From positions 768-64,767 of the IMG/VR virus record IMGVR_UViG_2835547190_000003: 64,000 nt of DNA, one strand, 5' to 3'. Source of the stretch: a virus. Its lineage: Duplodnaviria; Caudoviricetes. Of the stretch, positions 45,286 through 55,297 are shown one piece after another (position 1 is the first letter of the stretch; each line of letters begins with the position of its first letter). A model generated the notes under the pieces. The model was not told where the DNA came from. It did not search any database and was given only the letters and a program-made list of their open reading frames with translations. A program made the translations under genes and the position numbers.

Positions 45286-47070
45286 TCAAAATGGTATCTC
45301 GTCTTCCAATAATTCAGCCAGTCCGGCAGACAAGCGGCCATAATTCTCCGCTGGTTCATTGTCATTGCTAGCCTCCGGCGCGTTGTCATTGGCAGCACCC
45401 GCCACAAGCGCACCAACCTTGTAATCTTTCACATTCCAATATCTGCCATTCGGAACGACGCTGATTTCAGCGGTCGGGCCAAGCTCGTTCTGGCGATCCA
45501 GCCATTCCATGACTGTCTTTGGAAATGGCCGCTGACCGCCATGGGCTGCCCACCAGCGATGCGCCTTGGATTGTGCGAAGCCGGTATGTTGTGGGCATAA
45601 CCATTCGTTGATCGACGTGTAGCCGGTCATGTAGCTGCACTTCACTGAGGGCGGCTTGTCACCCTTCCCCTCGTGGAATGTAAAACTGCGGCCTGTTACC
45701 GTGCGCCATTCAGCGGCAGCCACACTGACGATAGGGGCGTCGGCTGCAACGCGGGTTAGCTTTTCTTCCTCATTTGGGGGGAAGTCGTAGCCGCAGCAGG
45801 GGCACTTCATCAGGCTGATATGCACCTTCTCCCCGCAACCGATATTGCCGTTGCTGTCAGTTTCTTGCGGGCAAATCTTAATGGGCGGCTCGCCGTCTCC
45901 CTTGGAAGGCGCTTTTGGCGCAACCATATCGACCGGGCCATGCCGATCAACCAGCTTGGCAAAATCCAGAACCAAGCAGTTCGGCTTAGGTCCGGCTGCA
46001 ATTGCCGCAAGGCGCTCTTCAACCGTATTCAGCGGCATACCTGCTGCGTATAGCGGGCGCGTCCCCCTGCCCGCCATCTGGACATACAGGGCTAAGCTCA
46101 GAGTCGGACGCATGAAGGCAATTAGATCAACACCCTTGTGATTAAAACCGGTAGTCAAAACTGAATTGTTCGTGACGCATTGCAGCTTATAGGACTTAAA
46201 ATCCTCAAGGATGCGCCGACGCTCCTCTTTCGGCGTGTCGCCTGTTACCGCTTCACAAGAAATGCCACGCGCACGGAACTCATCCCGCACATCCAGAGCG
46301 GCCTTTACGCCTGCGCAGAAGCACAGCCAAGAGCGCCGATCCGCGCCTTTAGCAATAATCTCCGAGACAACCGCATCATTCAGGTCGGCACGATTGACCG
46401 CGGCCTCCAGCGCGCCTTGCTTATAATCACCCCCGAGGCGGCCAACGCCTTTTACGTCGTACTCGGTCGCAGTCGGCTTGCTGGTGAGAGGCGCAAGAAA
46501 CCCGTCGCGAATGCCGTCACCGACGCCGTAGGTATAGACGATCTGGTCAAACAGACGATCCTCTCCCTCGTCCAGCCGCCCACTATCAAGGCGATAGGGC
46601 GTTGCAGTGAGGCCCAGGATTTTCATATCTGGATTGATAACCAGCAATGCATCAATGAACCGGCGATACATCGTGTTGTTGTTAACTGGTATCAAATGAC
46701 ATTCATCGACCATAAGCACGTCGACGTGACCAATCTGTCCAGACTTATTATGTACCGTTTGAATGCCAGCAAATACAATCTGACTGCGCGCATCACGCCT
46801 GCCGAGGCCGGCAGAATAAATGCCAGCGGGCGCGAAAGGCCAAACACCAAGAAGCTCAAGATAATTTTGCTCAATTAATTCCGCGACATGCGTCACAACC
46901 ATAATGCGCATATCCGGCCAGCCTTCAACAAGGCGCTGGATAAGGGACGCCATCACCAAGCTCTTGCCCGTCCCTGTCGCGAGGTCAACCAGCGGGTTGC
47001 CAGCCTCCTCTTGCCAATAATCAAAGACACCGGCTATTGCTTCTGTTTGATAGTTTCGTAAGGTTAGCAT
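45286..47070 (-). CDS. SF2 DEAD/DEAH helicase (RadD/YejH-like) with zinc finger
   Basis: LRxYQ, ATGTGKS, DECH, TATP, QMAGRGTR. Confidence 0.93.
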   Translation of the reverse strand: MLTLRNYQTEAIAGVFDYWQEEAGNPLVDLATGTGKSLVMASLIQRLVEGWPDMRIMVVTHVAELIEQNYLELLGVWPFAPAGIYSAGLGRRDARSQIVFAGIQTVHNKSGQIGHVDVLMVDECHLIPVNNNTMYRRFIDALLVINPDMKILGLTATPYRLDSGRLDEGEDRLFDQIVYTYGVGDGIRDGFLAPLTSKPTATEYDVKGVGRLGGDYKQGALEAAVNRADLNDAVVSEIIAKGADRRSWLCFCAGVKAALDVRDEFRARGISCEAVTGDTPKEERRRILEDFKSYKLQCVTNNSVLTTGFNHKGVDLIAFMRPTLSLALYVQMAGRGTRPLYAAGMPLNTVEERLAAIAAGPKPNCLVLDFAKLVDRHGPVDMVAPKAPSKGDGEPPIKICPQETDSNGNIGCGEKVHISLMKCPCCGYDFPPNEEEKLTRVAADAPIVSVAAAEWRTVTGRSFTFHEGKGDKPPSVKCSYMTGYTSINEWLCPQHTGFAQSKAHRWWAAHGGQRPFPKTVMEWLDRQNELGPTAEISVVPNGRYWNVKDYKVGALVAGAANDNAPEASNDNEPAENYGRLSAGLAELLEDEIPF

Positions 47071-47085
47071 TCGGGGGGGCTTTCT

Positions 47086-47682
47086 TTGAAAAGTGACGCG
47101 GACGGTGGTTTTTCTAGCGTAATTCTGGCGCTGGCAGTTGTGCTTTACATTACGATTGTCTGCTTAACTTTTGCTGGCTTGGTCGCGACTAAACCTACGG
47201 TTGGCATCGCCTTTTTGGAATTTGTAAAAGAGTACGGAGCCATTGTTGCCGGTATCCCGGTTTTGATCGCAGTTTTAGTAGCTAAACAGCAGTTGGATGC
47301 TAGTAATAGGCAGCATGTGGCGACATTAAAGAGGTCGTTTCAGAAAGAACTTGATGCACTGAATACTGCTAAATCATCCCTAATCGTCGTTTTAAATTTA
47401 TCAGCACATGAGATTATTAAGAAATGCACTGCTGGCAATATTTTACCCTCTATACTTTCAGGTAATGAAGCGGAGTTAATCATAGACAACCTCCCCAAAC
47501 GCATTGCCGAGGCAATTTTATGGTGCAACGAAGAAATTAATCGCAGCATCGTACGATACGGCCTTGGCCAACTTGATCTTTCCCAATTTGATGAGAGATT
47601 ACAATTTATACAAATACGTGCAAAACTTGCGCTAGGAGATGTTCAGGCAATCTACGATGAAAGGGCGAAATACTGGTCCTAA
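47086..47682 (+). CDS. AT-rich membrane-anchored protein (moron)
   Basis: Two N-terminal TM helices plus helical domain; opposite strand; low GC. Confidence 0.7.
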   Translation: MKSDADGGFSSVILALAVVLYITIVCLTFAGLVATKPTVGIAFLEFVKEYGAIVAGIPVLIAVLVAKQQLDASNRQHVATLKRSFQKELDALNTAKSSLIVVLNLSAHEIIKKCTAGNILPSILSGNEAELIIDNLPKRIAEAILWCNEEINRSIVRYGLGQLDLSQFDERLQFIQIRAKLALGDVQAIYDERAKYWS

Positions 47683-48666
47683 TCACGCCACCCTCCGCTG
47701 TTCATTGTCATTCGCCGCCCCATCCACCCACACACTACCGTCATGCATTTTGTAAGTGACTGTTTCGGCCTCTTCATCGCTATCAATCTGCTCTCCAGCA
47801 ATTAACCCCGGCAGGTATAAATGAGCAGGGCAGCCTGCCAGTTGCTCATCATGCGACAATGGCTTCGCCCACCGGGCGCAAGACCATGAGCCGCCATCCT
47901 CCGGTGTGCTGTATAGGCACGTCCGACAATTCACGCGCGGCCATGCATCTTCGTGGCAAATGGCGCGATGCTTGCACCATCCGCACGCAAACGCCATTTT
48001 TGCATTCGGGTCTTCGTGCAGCTTTGCCGGTGGTTCATGCGCATCAATGATGCGCTGCGCTCGCGCTAGCAGGCGCATGACATATTCCGCATCAAGATGG
48101 ACACGCTCGGCGTAAAGCTCGTCCGTGTCTTTGCAAACTGCCAAGTAGATTCCACGGTCCCGCCCACGCAGATAGCAATAGGTTTGCAACTGGCCGTAAT
48201 GTAAAGGCTTGCTCTCCTTAACACCGCGTTTTTTGAGGTCAGTGAATGACTTGAGATTATGCGACTTGATTTCACCCACATGGATTGTTTTCGGCGCTTC
48301 AGGAAGCCCCAGAATTTCAGAGTCCAGATAACCACGCACATGCTTGCCGCACGCTTCCACCATGATTTGATCCAGCTTGCCGGTGCGCGGATTGTGCTCG
48401 TGCGAAACCACTTCGCAGCCGATCATGCGCAAGTTTTCAATCCAGCGCTCCTCCTCCATGACGCCGGTCTCAAATATGCGCAGTGTTCTACCGCCGATAT
48501 GCTCCGCGTGTGATGCCCAGCGGAATTCATAGAACAGCTTGCGCTCGCATTCTTCTGCGAGCGTACTGACCGATATGGACCGGCCTTCACGCGGATTATT
48601 ATTCGCCTCATAGGCCGCGTAAATCGCGGCCACGGTTGGGGATATGACTTGAGGGAGCGGGGCCAT
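47683..48666 (-). CDS. Cas4/RecB-like PD-(D/E)xK exonuclease
   Basis: CERK, GYLD, EIKS, QLQTY, CxxCxxxxxC..CRTC. Confidence 0.85.
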   Translation of the reverse strand: MAPLPQVISPTVAAIYAAYEANNNPREGRSISVSTLAEECERKLFYEFRWASHAEHIGGRTLRIFETGVMEEERWIENLRMIGCEVVSHEHNPRTGKLDQIMVEACGKHVRGYLDSEILGLPEAPKTIHVGEIKSHNLKSFTDLKKRGVKESKPLHYGQLQTYCYLRGRDRGIYLAVCKDTDELYAERVHLDAEYVMRLLARAQRIIDAHEPPAKLHEDPNAKMAFACGWCKHRAICHEDAWPRVNCRTCLYSTPEDGGSWSCARWAKPLSHDEQLAGCPAHLYLPGLIAGEQIDSDEEAETVTYKMHDGSVWVDGAANDNEQRRVA

Positions 48667-48875
48667 TAGTGCTGCTCCACGCCATGGCCGAGGTGCTCTA
48701 GAATGCGTTGATACACGTCACCTTCTTGGTATGACACACCGTTGTAACAGTGGGCGCTTGGCTGCAAATCTAGCACAAGTAGCCCATCGATATAGACGAG
48801 CGCGCCTTCGGCCCATGACGAGCCGCATGTTTCGCAATCATAAGTGTCGTCAAGCCATTCGATACTGATTTTCAC
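48666..48875 (-). CDS. Hypothetical protein
   Basis: DCETCG; coupled to neighbours. Confidence 0.7.
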   Translation of the reverse strand: MKISIEWLDDTYDCETCGSSWAEGALVYIDGLLVLDLQPSAHCYNGVSYQEGDVYQRILEHLGHGVEQH

Positions 48876-49063
48876 TTAACCACCTCCAACTCGCGCAATA
48901 GACATTTGACGAACGGCATCAAGCTGGACGCCTCGTGGATTTCTACTTCGTATTCGCCATCTTCTGCAAACGCGACTTCGGTCACACCTTCGCGGCGCAG
49001 CGCATATTCAATGGCGTTGAAGATCGCGGTTTCGGTAAGGGTGGGCGGCCCACGCCTTTTCAT
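48872..49063 (-). CDS. Hypothetical protein
   Basis: Coupled to neighbours. Confidence 0.6.
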   Translation of the reverse strand: MKRRGPPTLTETAIFNAIEYALRREGVTEVAFAEDGEYEVEIHEASSLMPFVKCLLRELEVVK

Positions 49064-49075
49064 CGGCGTCCATCG

Positions 49076-50125
49076 TCATGTCCTCATCGGCATCAAGACC
49101 GCAGTCCACTCGCCCTCGCCCTTGATAACGGCAGGCGAGCCTGCATCACCAAAAGCAAAGCGCACGCTCGGTTCATCCAACGCGCCAAGCATGTCGTTGA
49201 CATACCGGCTGTTAAAGCCGATCTCCAAAGGCTCGCCTTCGAACGTGGCCTCAACTTCGTCGCTGGCCTTGTCTGCCAGTGACAGGCGCAGCACATCGCC
49301 GACGGCGAATTTCACGGCACGCGACCTGTCATCAGCAACCGCGGCGACACGCTCCACAGATTTCATGAGGGCTTGCCGATCGACGGTAAGTACATTGCCG
49401 TTGCCGGTGGGAATCACGCGCACATAGTCGGGAAATGTGCCGTCGATCAGCTTGCTCGTGATAACCGTCGAGCCAGACGTGACGCGCACCTTGTTCTGGG
49501 ACAGTTCGACCGTAACCGCACCTTTCGGCAGTAATCCTACGAGCTTGCGCGGCAGAATGACGCCGCCCTCCAACGAGGAAGGCAGGGTACCGGCAGGGCC
49601 GATGTTGCGCATAAGCCGGTGGCCGTCCGTTGCGACAGCAACCAAGCGGCCTTCGACAGCATGCAGATATACGCCAGCCAGATAATAACGGGTCTCTTCG
49701 GTCGAGATGCAGTGCACACACGGCGCTACAAGCGTAGCCAGATCAAGCTCCAGCGTCGTGTCAAACTTACCGGCGCTGAATGACGGAAAGTCTTCTGCAG
49801 GCAAGACGTCGAGCTTATACCGGCTCTTGCCAGACTTGACGATAAGCTGATGACCTTCTGCGGTTAGCGATATATCGCCGGTCGCACGCTTGGCTATGTC
49901 AGCAAGCATTTTGCCGGGAACAGTTACGCTACCCGGCTGGCAGTCCAGCACCGGCAGGCTGGTCGCTATCTCCACGTCCAGATCGGTGCCGGTCAGGCGC
50001 AACTGGCCGTCCTCGACTGCCAAGAGTGCGTTGGCGAGAATAGGGATTGTGTTTCTTGTTTCAATCGCCTTGGTCACAATTGCCAAGGCGTGCGCAAGGT
50101 CTGCGCGGTCGAGCGTGACTCGCAT
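49076..50125 (-). CDS. dnaN: DNA polymerase III beta clamp (phage-encoded)
   Basis: TIPILAN, TDL, ETRYYL, VATDGHRL, LIDGTFPDY, GFNSRY, VLMPMR. Confidence 0.95.
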   Translation of the reverse strand: MRVTLDRADLAHALAIVTKAIETRNTIPILANALLAVEDGQLRLTGTDLDVEIATSLPVLDCQPGSVTVPGKMLADIAKRATGDISLTAEGHQLIVKSGKSRYKLDVLPAEDFPSFSAGKFDTTLELDLATLVAPCVHCISTEETRYYLAGVYLHAVEGRLVAVATDGHRLMRNIGPAGTLPSSLEGGVILPRKLVGLLPKGAVTVELSQNKVRVTSGSTVITSKLIDGTFPDYVRVIPTGNGNVLTVDRQALMKSVERVAAVADDRSRAVKFAVGDVLRLSLADKASDEVEATFEGEPLEIGFNSRYVNDMLGALDEPSVRFAFGDAGSPAVIKGEGEWTAVLMPMRT

Positions 50126-50183
50126 GAAAATCTCCTCGTGTTCGGCAGTGGTAGGCGCGGTGGTGAGCCGCGCCTGTTGGTGG

Positions 50184-50393
50184 TTAGTGACTATACCAAG
50201 TGCGCATAGGCGGTAGGTCGCCGAACCACGGCTTGCCGATTGGCGGGAATGTCTGGGGCGGCTGGCTAATCTTTTCGGCGATTACGCGGTCCAGCTTACT
50301 TGCAATGGCCGCCCACTGCTCTGCATCAGGTGCGCCATCGATAAACGAAGTGCTGAAACCTTCCAGCCATGCCTTAAACTCGGATAAAGTCAT
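50184..50393 (-). CDS. Hypothetical phage protein
   Basis: EFKAWLEGF..PxxEQW motif. Confidence 0.75.
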   Translation of the reverse strand: MTLSEFKAWLEGFSTSFIDGAPDAEQWAAIASKLDRVIAEKISQPPQTFPPIGKPWFGDLPPMRTWYSH

Positions 50394-51226
50394 GCTGCTT
50401 CCTTTCTGCCCTGTAGGACTTCATCGGCGAGAGGCCAGCCGTCTTCGTCAAGCTCTGTCGGTACGAACTCAACGCCATTCAGGTTTGCGATATGCCGCAA
50501 CAAATCTTCCGCATTGCCCGGCATATTGTCATTCGCCGGCTGCACCCATGGCTCGCTTTCTGCGTCCTCGACGGTCAGCGCTTCGATGGCGGCATCAAGC
50601 GTAAACGGCTTGTCCTCATTGCCGAGAACAATCTTGTCGCCGTAAGCGCCGCCAATCTGGTCCTTCAAGTCTTCCCACGATTCTATACGAACCCCGCGAA
50701 CAGCGAGCGCGATTTTCATCATGTCGCCTTTGCCGATCGTATATCCACGCTGCTGGTACTTCAGGACGCGCGTTGCGGACGCCAGTGGGTAACGCGTGCC
50801 GGGATTGAACTTCAAGAAACGCTGGCTATTGTGCTTCAAAAAGTCGGGGTGGAAGATGAACCCGGAATCGGGGTGCCCGTCCCTCTGGTGTACATCCAAA
50901 TCCAGCGCGCCCATGCAGACGGTGTAATCAAAGGCCGCAAAGATGGCATCGGCGGTCGGGAAATAATCAAAGTGCATCAACTGTGCGATGGTGTCGCCGC
51001 TGACGAACGTCACGGCACGCTTGCTGGCAGCAACGCACCACAGGCCGTCTTCGTATGCCTGATAGACGCCGGTCTCGAATGCGCGGCGCGATTTGAAATA
51101 CACGTCCACGTCGTTGATTTTCGCGTTGGTGAACGCGCTCGTGACAGCGCCGCCAGCAATGAAAGCGCCGTCAAAGCGCAGCGGACTTGCCGCCATAATC
51201 AGTTTTCGTTCGGCTTCGTAAGCCAT
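50390..51226 (-). CDS. Class II (CCA/poly(A) polymerase-like) nucleotidyltransferase
   Basis: FIAGGAV..NDVDVYF (GG-DxD) and FDYTVC (RDFT-like). Confidence 0.75.
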   Translation of the reverse strand: MAYEAERKLIMAASPLRFDGAFIAGGAVTSAFTNAKINDVDVYFKSRRAFETGVYQAYEDGLWCVAASKRAVTFVSGDTIAQLMHFDYFPTADAIFAAFDYTVCMGALDLDVHQRDGHPDSGFIFHPDFLKHNSQRFLKFNPGTRYPLASATRVLKYQQRGYTIGKGDMMKIALAVRGVRIESWEDLKDQIGGAYGDKIVLGNEDKPFTLDAAIEALTVEDAESEPWVQPANDNMPGNAEDLLRHIANLNGVEFVPTELDEDGWPLADEVLQGRKEAA

Positions 51227-51300
51227 GCGTATCTCCTCGTGTTCGGTTCGGTGCGATGGTTGCTACCGGCGCTTTCGCGCCAGTAGCAGGTTGGTTTAGA

Positions 51301-51849
51301 TTAACCCCAAGGGCGCTTCTTGCCCTCCGCTGCCGCCGCTGGCTGGTTGCTGTTAGCAGCCGCAGGCCGGTTATCATTGGCCGGGCGCGGCGCGGTGGGC
51401 TGGGTGGCGTCGATCTCCGCAGGAGGCACATTGCCTTCATCTGGATAGTAATAGCGCTTGATCTCCGCACGTGCCGGATATTGCCCGTCCTTTGAAGGGC
51501 GGCCAAGTGCAACGCGAGCCGTGAAGGACTTGAAAAGCAGGTCTTCGGTGTCGTCCACCGCCGACACGCCGATCGCGCGGCAGAGCGACGCAAGTTGGCG
51601 CTGCCCTATCTCCTGCGCTTGCGGGTTTTTGTTTTCGATATTGTAGTTCGTGAAAAGCTTGCGGCCTTCCTGCTCTTGCGGCTCAAGCACCTTCATCGTG
51701 GTCTTGAGAATTGTTCCGCTGCCGGTCGATGTCGCAGCAACGTCCGCCGCTTCAACTTCCATGACATACGTGCCGTTGGGCAACTCCGCATAATCGGATT
51801 GGGTCGTATCGTGATCTGTCGCATTAAATCTTGTGGCTAGTTTCGCCAT
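51301..51849 (-). CDS. DUF669 family (SSB-like) protein
   Basis: LPxGTY, GRKLF..N..N..AQEIG..L..LC.AIG; next to Sak4. Confidence 0.8.
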   Translation of the reverse strand: MAKLATRFNATDHDTTQSDYAELPNGTYVMEVEAADVAATSTGSGTILKTTMKVLEPQEQEGRKLFTNYNIENKNPQAQEIGQRQLASLCRAIGVSAVDDTEDLLFKSFTARVALGRPSKDGQYPARAEIKRYYYPDEGNVPPAEIDATQPTAPRPANDNRPAAANSNQPAAAAEGKKRPWG

Positions 51850-51876
51850 AGGTATTCCTCGTGTTTGTGGTGGTGG

Positions 51877-52047
51877 TTAGAACGGTGAAGGAAAGAAGCC
51901 GCCTGCAATGAGCAGCCATGTTGTGAGGCCGACGGCAATGAGTGACGACCAGATGCTGTAATTTGGTCGTGGCTTTCCGTGCATCGCTGCTGACGCGCCA
52001 AAACCAGTGGCCATCAGAACCAGCATGACTATCTGTGGCCACCCCAT
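51877..52047 (-). CDS. 56-aa two-TM membrane protein
   Basis: Hand-translated MGWPQIV..HGKPR..GGFF; TGATG coupling. Confidence 0.7.
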   Translation of the reverse strand: MGWPQIVMLVLMATGFGASAAMHGKPRPNYSIWSSLIAVGLTTWLLIAGGFFPSPF

Positions 52048-52835
52048 CACGCCGCCTCCTTCTGCGCCGCGTTGTCATTACTAGGCAACCAATACTTGGA
52101 AAGATCAGCGAAGCCCTGCCCTTTGCGATAGAGAACTGAATCTGGATGCGGATAGCGGGTCTTGGCCATAAATCCCGCTCCTTCAGACAAATGAATCTGA
52201 CGCTCCTTGCCGCCCTCAGCTCGCGTAACCTTTGTTTGGCGCGCGACCTCCTTTTCTTTGATGCTGATGCGGTAATTCATGAATGCAACCACATCGGACT
52301 TTTCGCGCACCAAGGCGTTTGCTCGCTTGTGGAGCTTAGGCTGGTATCGTGAATACGGATCGGACGTAGGGCTGTCGAAACGAACGATTTCAGGGTGCGC
52401 CAGCATCACAACATAAATGCCTGCACGTGCGAGCGCAGACACCGCCGCCATGAGTTCATTCCATTCAGTGTCGGCCTCGACGTAGCCTTTCCCGTACCCT
52501 GCGTCCTCGACACTGTTAATGCCAAGACGCGCTGCCGTCGCCCGCCAGACAAGCGGCTCCAGCCCGTCAAGGCTATCGATAATGACGGTCTGGCGGTCGT
52601 GGTCTTCGGTCAGCAGTTCGCCAATGATGTTCAACAGATCATCAAAGCTTTCGATGGTGCCCGGCGTTGCAAGTTCAATGTCAGACGGCGGGCGCTCGCC
52701 TTCCGTGGCCAGATAGATCGGGTTCGGAAATTCGGCGGCAAGGCTGGTTTTGCCGATGCCGTCCACGCCATAAAGCAGCATGACTGGTGGGTCGTGTCTC
52801 TTTGTGGATTTCAAGCTGGATAGGCTGATCGCCAT
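52047..52835 (-). CDS. Sak4-like AAA_24 ATPase (ssDNA annealing)
   Basis: YGVDGIGKTSLA, IIDSLD, GYGKGY, AKTRY. Confidence 0.88.
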   Translation of the reverse strand: MAISLSSLKSTKRHDPPVMLLYGVDGIGKTSLAAEFPNPIYLATEGERPPSDIELATPGTIESFDDLLNIIGELLTEDHDRQTVIIDSLDGLEPLVWRATAARLGINSVEDAGYGKGYVEADTEWNELMAAVSALARAGIYVVMLAHPEIVRFDSPTSDPYSRYQPKLHKRANALVREKSDVVAFMNYRISIKEKEVARQTKVTRAEGGKERQIHLSEGAGFMAKTRYPHPDSVLYRKGQGFADLSKYWLPSNDNAAQKEAA

Positions 52836-52935
52836 CGTGCTCTCCTTTTTTAGATGATAGCCAGTATGAAGATGGTGACGAGGAACAGCACGGTTCCTGC
52901 CAGCGCGTACCCGCTGGGGTCTGGGCCGGCTGTCA

Positions 52936-53190
52936 TCACCCACCCCACAGATAAAGCAGCCCATAAAAGGGCAGAATGCCGTTCCAGAACACGACGCCCA
53001 TGGCGACGAAGGCGAGCACCAAGGCAAGGGCAGCGTGCGCCAGCGACCGGCCTACGCGCCCCCCGCCGGGGATGCGTCCGGGTTGGATTAGGATGCGGTC
53101 GTCCTCGACGCGGTATTTGCTCCATGGGCTGTTGCGGCGTGTGTTGCCGGGGCGGTCGTTGACGGCGTAGTCTTTGTAGGGGTTAATCAT
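52936..53190 (-). CDS. Small membrane protein
   Basis: C-terminal hydrophobic helix; coupled. Confidence 0.6.
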   Translation of the reverse strand: MINPYKDYAVNDRPGNTRRNSPWSKYRVEDDRILIQPGRIPGGGRVGRSLAHAALALVLAFVAMGVVFWNGILPFYGLLYLWGG

Positions 53191-53467
53191 GGCTCACCTC
53201 CAACTGATCCAGCTTGGCGCGGGCCTGCGGGATGCTGTAGCTGCGGCCGACATTGGTGGCCTTGGCCGAGATCGTGATAAACGCGATAATCGCGCCTACC
53301 CATTGCAACGCTACGCTCTGCAATAGGACACCAATACCTATGAGCGCAGCGAACAAGATAAATGTGCTTGCATCGCGCATCCACGACTTGAGCACCGTTT
53401 CGTGCACAATAATGACTTCGGGCTTCGACGTGGCTCTGCCGCCGCCCTCGTTGGGTTCTCTAAACAT
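53183..53467 (-). CDS. Two-TM membrane protein
   Basis: Hydrophobic hairpin; GAGGAGG RBS. Confidence 0.7.
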   Translation of the reverse strand: MFREPNEGGGRATSKPEVIIVHETVLKSWMRDASTFILFAALIGIGVLLQSVALQWVGAIIAFITISAKATNVGRSYSIPQARAKLDQLEVSHD

Positions 53468-53535
53468 AATTCCTCCTCGTTCCCCGCCGCGAATGCAGCG
53501 GGGCTGGTAGGGTTGGCTGTGGTTGCTGTTGCGGG

Positions 53536-54423
53536 TTAGGCGGCGACTAGCTTGCTAGTTGCGATGATGACGGGCTGGTTGCCTCCGGTGTCAACAAATG
53601 ACCATTTGTCGAACCGTGCCAGTTCATAGCCGTATCCCCGATGCGTCTTGACGAAGCGGACCTTAGTCACCGTAGGGGGCGTGGGGTCTACCGTATTCTC
53701 CAGCCACGATTTTGTTGCGTCTGCAACAACGCCCATGAGGTCGTCAAACGCTGACGAAACATTATCGTTATCGTTGCTGGCGGCTTCCTGTGAGGCAACC
53801 TGTGGCTCGTCGGCCCATTCGGCGATGAGGTCGGCGCTGGTTTCCATAGTGCTATTGGCTCGCCCATCGCACCACCAGTCCGCCCCGTTATGCGTCGCGC
53901 GGTCTGCTGTCGTACGCATCGGCCCTACCTTGCGCCCGTCGCGGGTGCGGTAGTATTTTCCTGATTGGATGCTGAGGACCGGCTCAATGCAGTCAGGCTT
54001 TGCACGTGTGTACTGGGGCTCCACAGACAACGTCTGATAGTTATATGGTGGGTCTATATTCAGCAGGTATTCGCCGTTGTTCATGAGCTTGCCGTCCCAC
54101 GATTCAATCGTAGCCAGTTTTCCAACCGCGCCTATGGTGGATTTGCCGTCCTTTACCAATCGCACCCGGTCGCCGACCTTGAAGCGCGGTTCGTCGGACA
54201 CGGCCCATTCACCGGTGTCCAAAGGATAGGCTTCACCTGCATCATCAGTAATGATCACGCAGTTCCCACATGCGCCAGAAACGACATATTCTTTACCCGC
54301 GACAACATCCATTTCAGTCACAAGGCTTTTGACCCTATCCCCGACCTTCACGCGTCTTGCGCCCTTGCCGTATTCATCAGCCTGCACATCGACCTGCGCA
54401 GCTTCCATTGTTCGCGTGACCAT
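53536..54423 (-). CDS. Mosaic phage protein with repeated KVGDRV (KOW/SH3-like) modules
   Basis: Two KVGDRV modules plus GKYYRTRDGRKVGP module. Confidence 0.75.
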   Translation of the reverse strand: MVTRTMEAAQVDVQADEYGKGARRVKVGDRVKSLVTEMDVVAGKEYVVSGACGNCVIITDDAGEAYPLDTGEWAVSDEPRFKVGDRVRLVKDGKSTIGAVGKLATIESWDGKLMNNGEYLLNIDPPYNYQTLSVEPQYTRAKPDCIEPVLSIQSGKYYRTRDGRKVGPMRTTADRATHNGADWWCDGRANSTMETSADLIAEWADEPQVASQEAASNDNDNVSSAFDDLMGVVADATKSWLENTVDPTPPTVTKVRFVKTHRGYGYELARFDKWSFVDTGGNQPVIIATSKLVAA

Positions 54424-54722
54424 TAGGCGGCTCCCCTCGTTTTTGTTTTCGCCGTCAGCTTCACCTTCTTTGTGAAATCGACCGGAATGATGTTGTCTTC
54501 TGGTTCGGCTTGGCTACCACCCCCGCCGTCTTCATCATCAAACGGCTCGACTTCAAACCGCGATACTTCGGCGGCAACCAGCCCTTGGCCGGGGACTAAA
54601 AATCGCACAGTCAGCATCCTGCCAGCGTCACGGTCGCCAATGATGACGCCAAGCCAGCCTGTCAGCCGGTGGCGTACAAATTCGCCGGGCAAGTCCCAGC
54701 AATCTCCACAATCGCAGGTCAT
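54423..54722 (-). CDS. Hypothetical protein
   Basis: Coupled; 99 aa. Confidence 0.7.
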   Translation of the reverse strand: MTCDCGDCWDLPGEFVRHRLTGWLGVIIGDRDAGRMLTVRFLVPGQGLVAAEVSRFEVEPFDDEDGGGGSQAEPEDNIIPVDFTKKVKLTAKTKTRGAA

Positions 54723-54922
54723 GCCGCACCTCTTTTCTGTCTGCTGTAGCTAACCGGCGAGCCGGACACATAGCGCCCGTCAACCAAGCGCGCTGTGCGC
54801 CGGGCGTCTTCTTTCTGCGCAGCGGTGCGATAAGGCTTGCGGTTTGTCATGTCCCGCGTGCCAGTTCGTGTGTACTGCGTTTGGTGCGCCGTTTCCGGTC
54901 GCGTGTATTTATGGGATTTCAT
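54719..54922 (-). CDS. Basic hypothetical protein
   Basis: GGAGG RBS; ATGA coupling. Confidence 0.65.
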   Translation of the reverse strand: MKSHKYTRPETAHQTQYTRTGTRDMTNRKPYRTAAQKEDARRTARLVDGRYVSGSPVSYSRQKRGAA

Positions 54923-54988
54923 AGTTCCTCCATGCTGGAGGTTAATCTTCGGCCCCGTTCCCTAGGCGGTCGGCCCTGCCTTAAAAGG

Positions 54989-55297
54989 CTAGTGGACGGT
55001 GGCTGTGCCTGCGCTAGCAGGGGCGCCGATAAAAGGCCCGTCCAGTAAGGTAATGCGCGGCATTGCGATATACATGTCGCGGCATAATGTTGAGCATCCA
55101 CCGTTATGCGTGGAGCGTTTAACAACCGTGCTTTCTGTCGGCGTTGGCGGCGGTAGTGCGGGCACTCTGTCTGCGAGCAGAGACCAAGCGTGGCCTCTGG
55201 TAATGCCCATCATTTCCGCGATCTTCCCGAATGACGCACCTTTTTTACGATGCGCGGCGGCTTTCGCCTGCAATTCCTGTCGTGGTGAATACTGCAT
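54989..55297 (-). CDS. HTH DNA-binding protein
   Basis: GASFGKIAEMMGITRGHAWSLL; CACGAGGAG leader. Confidence 0.75.
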   Translation of the reverse strand: MQYSPRQELQAKAAAHRKKGASFGKIAEMMGITRGHAWSLLADRVPALPPPTPTESTVVKRSTHNGGCSTLCRDMYIAMPRITLLDGPFIGAPASAGTATVH

